DNA of 60,704 nucleotides, the filler included, from Porpidia crustulata (Eukaryota), in NCBI GenBank assembly GCA_964255105.1. It is 9 parts of 9 records of this genome, joined end to end, with 100 filler letters (N's around TTAATTAATTAA, not from the genome) between each part and the next. Parts side by side here need not be neighbours in the genome. Positions count along the whole stretch, not along the records: positions 47,333 to 53,969 come from CAXUWE010001489.1; positions 54,070 to 60,704 come from CAXUWE010001490.1; 7 more parts are not named here. One strand, written 5' to 3'. Both the position numbers and the translations under genes were made by a program. Below the pieces are notes generated by a model. The model saw nothing but the letters and a program-made list of their open reading frames with translations, was not told the origin of the DNA and did no database searches. Position 1 is the stretch's first letter. Each line of letters begins with the position of its first letter. This document shows, piece after piece, positions 51,106 to 60,704 of the stretch.

Positions 51106-53173
51106 ATGTCTGGACCCTCGGTACATATCACTCATCCGCCGTGGTCCCTCCTGAAGCTACCCCCAGCTGCAGAACCGCAATCTCTTAGCCCTCCAGAATC
51201 CGACTTCACATTTGCGCGACCCTTCAATATTGAACCAGAGCTTTACAACAGCCTCCTTCACGTCGCAATTCCAATCACCGTTGCCATCGTTTACGCGTCG
51301 GCCGTGACTTATGCCAATCAAGTCAACAAGCGGCGAGACAATAAGCCATGGGCGTTCAGCAAGACTGCCGCCTTCTACTGCTTCGTCGTACTTCACAATG
51401 TCTTTCTTGCTGTATATTCTGGCTGGACGTTTGCTGGCATGTTCAACGCAATTAGGTACTCATGGCCGGGCTCGGAGGGTGAACATGGCCTGGCGGGTAT
51501 TATGGACGCGCTGTGCAAAGTTCATGGACCAAGGGGGCTCGGCAGTGCCGCGACTTTCAACTCGACAACGAGCAGCTGGGGCTTCACAGATAGAGCATTG
51601 AGCCTAGCGGGCAGTTCGCCGGATTCGACGGATGTTGGGAGAATATGGAATGAAGGCCTTGCTTTCTATGGATGGCTGTTCTACTTGTCAAAATTCTACG
51701 AAGTTGTCGACACGATGGTTGTGCTCGCGAAAGGCAAGAATAGCTCCACTCTTCAGACCTATCATCACGCTGGTGCGATGCTCAGCATGTGGGCTGGCAT
51801 TCGTTACATGTCACCGCCAATATGGATGTTTGTCTTTGTAAATTCTGGCTTACATACTCTGATGGTAGGCGCATTGACTCTCTTCTGCCTCCATAGACTT
51901 TGCTAATTATTTTTAGTACACGTACTATACACTTTTGACTCTAGCGATACCTGTTCCACGAGCAATGAAGCAAACCTTGACCACGCTCCAGATTGCTCAA
52001 ATCGTCTTCGGAGCTTCATATGCCATGGCGCACCTTTTCATATCCTACAGCATTCCAGTATCAGTTCCTTACATATTTGTGCACAACCTTACTTCAGCGA
52101 TTCCAGCTGCGGTATCTTCAGCTTCTTCTGCTGTTGCCAGCGTGACTGCAACAGCCGGGCTTGGGAGCTGGCTTAAGAAGCTGGCTCTGCGCGCGGCTGG
52201 TGAAGAGGGACTTGCGGAGAACGTCCGGAATCAACAAGGAGAAATCTTCGGAATTGACGCGATCCACGCTGCAGAGGTAGAAAAGGCGCAGGAGGAAATC
52301 AGGTACAAGACGCAATACCAGACAATCCATTGTGTTGATACATCCGGTCAAGCATTTGCGATCTTGTTGAATTGTCTCTACTTGGCACCTTTGCTGGTGC
52401 TTTTCGTCAGATTCTTCCTCCGAGCCTATATTCGTGGTACCCGCGCTCCGCCACCAAAGCCATCCCAGAAGCAACTCATCAAAGATTCCAGCAAAGACGG
52501 ATATTACAGAGTAGAGAAGGAAATAAAGGAAGCTATGGACGAAGAAGGAACCGAAGATACCGACATTCCAGAAAATGTAAAGGCTAAATGGAATGATACA
52601 AAAACCACGGTTCAAAAAAGCGCGGAGGATCTAAGTGCAAAGGCGAAGATAGGCATGCAGAAAGCGAACGATGTCGCCAAGGAGAAGGCATCTAACATCA
52701 AGGGACAAATAAAGAAACAGGAGGCGAAGGCAAACGGAACTCAGGGCCAGCAAAATGGCCAGTCGAAAAATTCAGCTAAAGACTCCTCACAGCCAGAAGA
52801 CAAGTCAAATGGCGAATCAAGACGGCCATCCAATAAGGATACCAATAAGCCGAGCGACCAAAAAGATACCAAAACCAGCGCTCAAGAAAACAACGACCTG
52901 AATGGTGTTGCACCAAAAGCCGAACCCAAAGACGAAGCCGAAGACCAACCAGCCCACAACGCCGACCCTAACAGTGTCAAGGCAGAAGAGAAAACTGAGT
53001 CCGAGGAGAAGGCCCAGCCAAAGGCAGAAGAGACACCGGACCAAAAGGACGAGCCGGAGTCGAGCCAACCGAGCGGCGGACTGGACGAGTCGGCGTACGA
53101 GATCAACCCGGACGAGGCGAAAACCGAGGAGGAGAAGAAGGCGGAGGCGGAGATGCAGCCCGGTGGGACTTGA
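51106..53173 (+). CDS. GNS1/SUR4 (ELO) family fatty-acid elongase-like membrane protein with long charged C-terminal tail
   Basis: FYLSKFYEVVDT, LQTYHHAGAM, NSGLHTLM|YTYY, TTLQIAQ; intron 51865-51916. Confidence 0.88.
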
Positions 53174-53969
53174 CAGGTTTCCCTTTCCAATGTTTTCCTG
53201 AATCAGGTATCCGATCGAGATGGGTTTTTTCCTTTCATGGCGTTTCCGCTTGTCGCCGGTCTGAATTCGGGTTTTTTATCTAGCTTTGAGCTACAGCCGA
53301 GTGTTTGGACACTCGGAAACCTCCCTGATGGTGATTTTCTTTTTCAGTCTAATTAGTCGGCCGGCGCGAAAATTGATACGATGTTTGAAGACCACGGAGC
53401 GGTCGTTGATGCTTGGTATGATCGTAGATATCATCGCTAACCCCGTTTCGCCAAACCCGCCTCAATCACATCCTCCACCCCCATTCTTTGCCTCCCGTGC
53501 CTCCATAACAGAAAACGGCCATAGAGCTGCACGAACAAGTGCGAATGGTGTACAAAATTCAACACTGGCGGAAGGAAAAACACAACCGTGACGGCGTGGA
53601 TCTCTATCCTCCGCATCGCTTCGTAATGCAGATAATTCGCTCCACTAAACAACATAATAACCCACTTTATATGCGAAACATCCATTTCTATACCATTTCT
53701 CATATCAATACAACCCTCTCCAATCCTCCCCCGTGTATATCCCTCTACCTTACTCCTGCATCCCTCCATCCCCATCGCCCTCCTTCCCGAACTCGAGCCG
53801 CAGAATCACAATCCTGATTTCTACACCCTACGCCCTAGGTCATACGCTCTATGCCTGATACCCTAGGTACGTCGTGTGTATAGGTAGGGCAAGCCTCATG
53901 TTATTCGTTGATACGATACATGCACCGTGCGCTTATCACGGTTGGTTGATGGTTGATCTACGATATGGG

Positions 53970-54069
53970 NNNNNNNNNNNNNNNNNNNNNNNNNNNNNNN
54001 NNNNNNNNNNNNNTTAATTAATTAANNNNNNNNNNNNNNNNNNNNNNNNNNNNNNNNNNNNNNNNNNNN
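53970..54069. other. Artificial contig linker
   Basis: N44-TTAATTAATTAA-N44. Confidence 0.98.
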
Positions 54070-56780
54070 GTTGAATGGGATTTGGAATAGTATTGTGATT
54101 TGGGATAATGGTTTTGCTGCAGATTGGAGCGAGGGCAAGATGAGGGCAATTTAAGACATCTAAGATGCTGAGATCAATATAGATGCCTGAGATGCAAGAC
54201 TCAAATTGGCGACTTGGTTTTGCAGCGTACTGGAAGGACTGAGAGGTACCGCTTCGAAAGAGATGGGAGCTGTGGAATACAACATTTGGAAACCGCATAG
54301 GAACATAGCCGTCGTATACAGAATTCCCGAGCTGGCTAGCTAACCCAAAACTTCTAACTTGTGTTTGTACAGATAAGTTCGGAACTTTAGCGAGAAGGCG
54401 GGATATTGGACGCTGCATTCTGTTATCCTTTAATCTCAATGGGTTAGATGTGGCACGCTCCACAGCATGAGTTTGCATACTCTTTTGTTTCAGATGACGA
54501 CAATGGTGCTCATCGAGTACGCTGTGTGGAGATACAAGTACGAGCAGTCAGTGCTAAGGAGGACCTTTGGAAGAGCTGCATTTGCGCTACCCTGGTTTTG
54601 GGGTTCGTTCTGGACAATTTCGCTTGGGCGATTTGTACGTCTTGACTCTCATATCAATGCCCATCGACGCTTATCCACCTTGAGTGATTGTAGGAATACC
54701 TTATGTGCAAATGTTGTTCAGAAGCTTTCAGTTTCGCTCTTAAACCCCAAGACAGGCGACAAGAATAGGAATCTTAGGTCAGTTGAGACTAACTTAGTCT
54801 CGAAGGTGTTTTGGAGTGACATCCGCTCAGTATTATTCGCATTGAGTACAGGTGCTGTCTGCCAGATATTGCACGTACAGTACGGCTTGTAAGCATGACA
54901 TATCTCGAGGTGACAGGGCAAGACGCTAAATAGGTCATTGAACAGGTTGTCGGTAAAGGTAGGTATCGTGCAGCTCTCGCGTAGTGTCATGGAATCTTCT
55001 CTATAACCCAGCGAATCATCAGTTCGAGGCACAACTGAACTACCAGATGTTGGACAAGAACATAGATTGTTGAGTGTCAGCTATCCGTCACAAGTCACAA
55101 CTGGTCGGGCCTGAGTTGAAGCACTGATGATGCTAGTGTGGGAAGATTACACGGAATTATCCCGCGCATATCCCAATCGGGCAGCCCCAAAAGTGAATCC
55201 AACCGGTCCAGATTTCGACAAGGATGTTCCGGGCCGAAGCGGAAATGCGGGCGAATCGCTGATCGTCCAATTCGTCCATTAAATAATTCCTTCAATCTTC
55301 CAGTCTGCCGCCGGCGGAGTCCAACAATTCTTGCCTCTTAGCGACGGAAGTGACAGGGCTGTCCGTGGGAGCAGTAATGCGCCGGCCATAAGCTGCGCTG
55401 TCTGGATGGCAAGATAGATGTCATAACTTTGTATCGCTGCCGTCGATGAACACGGTCTGAAGGCGTTGTGCGCATCGGCTCTTTGCGCGCGGGTCATGGC
55501 GCCGTGGGACCATGGGAGATATCACAAGATCCTCGAGCTGCTCAAAGTAGCAATGTCTATTGTCTGAGAAATGACTGTATCTGTTTGCAAAGCAAAGCGA
55601 TGGGTGTTGGACATTGACCGTGGCGCATGCTTGTAGTCTCACTCTCTCGATTTTGGTGGGAGGAGCAGTGAGTTTAGTGTCAGCTGTCTTCTTCCCGTCC
55701 CACGTTTATCCACGTTCATTCATCATGACTAACAGCTGAGAGATAATCCGAAGCTATGATGCTTCGCCATTCCATGGTGCGGCTTTGCTCTGATCCTTGG
55801 GAGCATCATGATTATCATTAATTTTCTGAATCATCTTTCGGCATTGCGATCGGAAGTAGAAACGGCGGATCGTCGTGATTGGCTCACAGGCTGCTCCCTG
55901 CAAAGCGCAGCATCAGTCAGGAGAACTTCGGTACCAGGTCAGCTTGGGCTCCCCTTCAGTTTCCCAGTATCCTACCTACGGAATACTTCCACCACATCAG
56001 ACTATGGACGAGAGGAAGAATAATGACAATTAATAATTCTGTAATAGCAATAATTTTGTCCACTTTGTCAGCGTGGAGTCTGCATGACTGTCAAGCTAAA
56101 ACATGTATGGCATCCGTTATCGACAATCTGAATATTGGAATTCTGGTGCTTTGTATCTTCGCGGTACACCAGTCATGGTCAAGCCAGTAATCACACTCAA
56201 AAGGCTTCATTCAGGGCTCAGAGGACCTCGTGGCACAAACAACGTGGCCTGCGATGAAAGCTTATCCGTCAACCAATCAGAACGGCAACGTACAGACTAA
56301 TAGGAAAAGCCTTGCGGAAAGTGATAGGTCTAGAATCTCATTCACTCGGACCACCCCTGTCAGGAGAGTCAACTGGAAGATGGGAAGGTCGTATCGTTGG
56401 ATTGCTTTTGTTAGCAGTTGAAGACATACAAAGACCCCATAGACACCTACCGAAGAATTACTTGAAATGGTGACCGTATGGTAGGTAGTAGACGACCGCC
56501 ATGTGACGCATGCCCGTAGAATAAATCAGTCTTGGCATGTATACACGTAAAGCCCAGTGAAGCTGCCTCGTCGGTAGGGAACCCTTGGGCGTGAGGTGGT
56601 AAGACGGTAACTGGATAAGGTACTTTCGACGTGCTATGTGCCCCGGTGAATAATCCCCAATAATAATAATAACAATAATCCTAATAAGGAGGTATCGGCG
56701 AGGTACCCAGCACCCAGCTGCCCTACCCTCTCACTCCGTCGCCCCCCCTCGTCAAAGCAAACCACCACTTCCAACGATCC

Positions 56781-56820
56781 CCACTGTTCCACTGTTCTAT
56801 TATTCCATTGTTCCACTGCT
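56781..56820 (+). repeat. Imperfect 8-bp tandem repeat (CCACTGTT x5)
   Basis: ccactgtt ccactgtt ctattatt ccattgtt ccactgct. Confidence 0.6.
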
Positions 56821-57891
56821 GACACCAATGACCGGCCATCGATGATACGACAGCCCGTCACAAGAACACGATCATCAGATCAGACCCTTTGCCGTCGGTC
56901 TAATCGAGGAAATTGCAGATCCTTACTTGATGCTTTAGCTCTGCCGGACGCAACGCCAGCCTGCAAGGAGGCAGAACGTAGTACGGTACTCTAACCCACC
57001 CTAACCTGAAAGCCAGATAAAGTTGGGACTGGGGGGTGACAGCCTTCACCCATCGACACACTTGCGACCGTTTCATTTTCCGCACTTCCATCCCACCTCC
57101 CTTCGACATCCTCGAACTCCCTCGACCATCCGCTGCTGGAACCTGCCATGCTCCTTGTGCCACTGATCGAAGCTGTGTAAGATCCTCGGGCTCACTTCAC
57201 ACTAGGATCGCACCGGCGAAAGCATCGTCGGACTCGCAACCGTAAATAGGAGGGGTCAGCAATCAGCGCGGCGGCAACCTTGGAGAAAGCCATTCAAATA
57301 AGCCGTTGAAGAGTTGGAAGTTGACGCAGTGTGCCAACCGTGCCTCCAACAATATAACCCGATTTTTCGTCTACGAGTAACGTCCGGCACTGGACCACGA
57401 AGCCTCGTTCCACGATTCCATGACGGAAAAGCTCAAAGTTCTTTGCGACATTCGATCCTCGTCAAAAAGCTGCACTGGCCGTATTGTCGAGCAGTTAGAA
57501 AATTCAATAGCCTTGTCACTCCAAGCCGAATATAGCGAGCGATTGGGGACAACATAAGATAAGCTTACACCTTCTCTTCGCCTAGGCGAAGGTGCTTGAA
57601 TCTCGCTTTCAAACCCGCGCTGTCGATGTTCATCAACGCACACTGGAATTGCATGTTATTGTATCCATTATAAGACTTGGCCGTATCGACCCATTTACTG
57701 GAAGCTGAGCACTGTCAGACCTCAAGCCATCTACGGTCCAGCTTGAAATATACTTCCAGGCTGGTAGCTCTGCTATCACTGGGAGCTAGCTCCAAAGCTA
57801 TAGCCATATTTCAACACTTGCTGTCTCGGTCATACAAATTATCACGACTTGATTAGATCGTTAAAAATCTCACTCGAACCAAACGGCCAAG

Positions 57892-59639
57892 ATGTCGGCC
57901 ATGTCCAATAGTCGTATCTGGGAATCACCAAGCGAGAACTCAACTCCGGTCAGCGACTCTCGACCTGCCCAGCTTCCCTCAATTGCGACTTTGACGCATA
58001 ACTTACCCGGTCCTTCGAACGGTGTTCCACAATCCCCAAATTATCCTTCGAGTAATCGCGATTCTGACCCATGGCCCAGTCAACCACAAAGCACCCGTAA
58101 GTTGAATAGCATTTACTATCTATCCATCGATGCTCTATTGATGTGAATTCGTTCCATCTCGTTGTATGTTATACTGAGTTTAAGCAGGTTCTTCCGCCTA
58201 CTCCTCTGGTCCGAATGGCTACTATTACTCTTCTTCAATTAGCTCTCCCCATCGTGCCTCCAATTCCAGCCAATTAGGAGCCACCTCTCATCCAGTGGAG
58301 TTTTGCAATAATTCAACTTCTGCAAACACTCAACCGTCTCCAGGATTTTCATCCCCCCATCAAAGCTTAGGCCTCCCTAACATCAATCAGCAGTATCATG
58401 ATGGATCGAATTCGAACTATCGTGGTAGTGGAAGTCATGAATTTCCGCCTCAAGAGTCCCGCCGTAGCAGTCTTGGTAGCCAAGTGAATAATGGTTTCAC
58501 AAATCTCCACATCAACGGTGCGGTTTCTCCATATCACGGCAGCACGAATGCATCTCAGAGTTCGATCGCGGTCAGCCTTCAACGCGAACGTGGCATTAGC
58601 TCAACGACCAACGGGATCCGAAATTCGAGGGCTTCGCATGCTTCGTCTAATTTGGGGCCAATGTCTCCTCTCAGCCCCCTCCCTGGTGAATCACGCCAGC
58701 AGTACACCACCAGAACAGCACCCATCATTAGCGCCAATCCTATGAAGGAGGTATACAACGCAGAAAAACCGACTGCAGGCCAACCTTATGCCTTTCCTGA
58801 TCCAGACATGTCCAATCGTTCCAGCGGGAGTGGTGATGACCCACGCTCCGGATCTACCATGATGTCACGTCGTAACAGTGATCATACCTCCATCACTAGT
58901 AGCATCTTTACGAGCGATTCTCGAATGCCTGCAGGGCAACATCGATTGGACGAGGGTGGGTATTCATGTCCTTGTAAGAAGGGTAAACTGATGAGAAAAT
59001 CTGCAGATATTCCTGGCACTCATCACCATTCGCTCCAACACAAGCAAGTCAGCCATCTTGCGGAAGAGTCTGAATCTCCCGATGCAGCTTCGCCGTACAG
59101 CCGTACCCCAGCTCTACGAGCGAGCCACAAGCTGGCAGAGCGCAAGCGACGGACTGAGATGAAGTTTCTATTCGACTCCTTACGTTCACAGATTCCTGCA
59201 AGTCATGGAAGCAAGTCGAGTAAATGGGAAATTCTGTCTAAAGGTACATCAAGCATACATCGCCTCGAACTTGCTGCATTTGCTCACTGATACAATAGCC
59301 TCTGATTATATCAAGAGCCTTGAAAATTCGAACAAAGTTGGCCGCCAAGCTCAGACCCAGTTGTCTCAGATCGGTCTTGAGTTTGACACTGTTAAACGTG
59401 AGAACGAGAGTCTTCGAAGCGAAAACAGTCGCCTTTACCAAGAAATGCAGCACTATCGTGAGGGATCTCGCCAGCCAGTGATACCACCACCTCAATACGC
59501 AGCTTCACACGCTCCAATGTTGGCCGACCCGTGCCGCTCTCTTCCACCACTGATGAATGGTGCCCCAATCGGCAACCCGATCAACAATCCCATCAATTCG
59601 AGCATGCAAGGTGTTCAGTACTCAGACGAGCGCCGATAA
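57892..59639 (+). CDS. bHLH transcription factor, Esc1/DevR-like
   Basis: SPYSRTPALRASHKLAERKRRTEMKFLFDSLRSQIP...KSSKWEILSKASDYIKSLE followed by a coiled coil; introns 58097-58187, 58956-59006 and 59244-59298 keep the frame. Confidence 0.88.
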
Positions 59640-60704
59640 TGGCCTATCTCCTACCTTTCTTGTTGGAAGCATATCGCCAGGAAGCCGACCTGCCAGTTGT
59701 TCGACACCATCTTTTTCTTCTACGGCTCCAGATTACGAAACACACTACAAACCATTTCCTTTCACTTGTCTGTATCAAAAGCGCTTTACATCTTCGCCCT
59801 AGGAGCCTCGAATTCTACTGTACTCTATATCCTAGGGGGAGCCCTACTCATGGATGGATTCTCGAGGCGGCATTGTTTTACGAACTATTAGACGGCGATT
59901 TCGCAATGCGGGGAGAACGATGGATCTGGTGGCGTATGTGACTGCATTTATACTGGTATATTGCGATACCCGGCTGGCGAAACGATCTCGGCTTCTTCCA
60001 TCTCGAAATCTCATTTGTGCTACTTTGATGTTTACCAAATTATTACCCACAACGTAAGTTGCCACCGGTGCATAACCGGATGCAGGAGTACGATACCGTC
60101 CCAGTGCACTCTCGGCTTACTGCCTAGGCAGTACTGTCCCTACACAGCCGGCGTGCTGCCGGTACATGCGAATTTGACCGATGGATGATGGTTGTACTTG
60201 AGCTGGGCGGGTAGAGGTTTTGCTGGCCCGGGTGCATGGGATATGTTCGCTTCTTGCTTCTCGCCTTTCGCTGTACTGCTCGAGAACTGCTTAGCGGACG
60301 GGTGCATGTGAGCGTCAGCCGTATTGTGTTACGAGGTTATGGACGATTTGCTCCAGGCATTGCTTTCGATGTATGTACAGTGGTAGATGGTAATGACCAA
60401 GCATCGCTCAATAGCAGGAAGCGCCCAAGCTCTACTGCTTGTATCCGTCCATGCCATCTGATGCAAAGATCCGACCGTTTAACAAGGATATACTCGTCTT
60501 TCCATTCATGAATATATGAACTGCCGATCTTGGGAGATCCCCACGTTATCGGACTTCCCCCACCCTTCCTCTCAACTTTCCCACCAGTATGACATGAGAG
60601 CTGCGGAATGACCATACGGATCCCGTAGGTCTCAGGATGATAGAATAAGAAGTAAGTGGTGGAAATTTTACATGCCTGAGAAATTACTTGGCTTACAATT
60701 GATG

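Overview
Fungal (Pezizomycotina-type, short GT-AG introns) genomic DNA. It is not one locus: it is nine separate contigs of about 6.6-6.7 kb, in decreasing length order, joined by 100-nt artificial linkers (N44-TTAATTAATTAA-N44). Contents by contig: (1) class I myosin and an MFS transporter; (2) a frameshifted two-RRM gene, cytochrome c1 and a DAHP synthase; (3) a secondary-metabolite pair, a phenol-hydroxylase-type FAD monooxygenase and an apparently disrupted NRPS-like A-T-R reductase; (4) decayed pseudogenes (ankyrin, coiled-coil) and the start of a probable C2H2 transcription factor; (5) a Zn2Cys6 transcription factor and a HeLo-like N-terminal domain protein; (6) RMD8, a Ccc2-type Cu-ATPase and CSN7; (7) MED21 exon 1, then a convergent pair of a tandem kinase-pseudokinase and a HeLo-pseudokinase with MLKL-like motifs; (8) an ELO-family protein; (9) an Esc1/DevR-like bHLH transcription factor. 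The best candidate for an undescribed system is the contig 7 pair (41896-46576), a possible fungal RIPK3/MLKL-like (necroptosis-like) cell-death or allorecognition module. All family assignments come from motif recognition by eye; no database searches were run.
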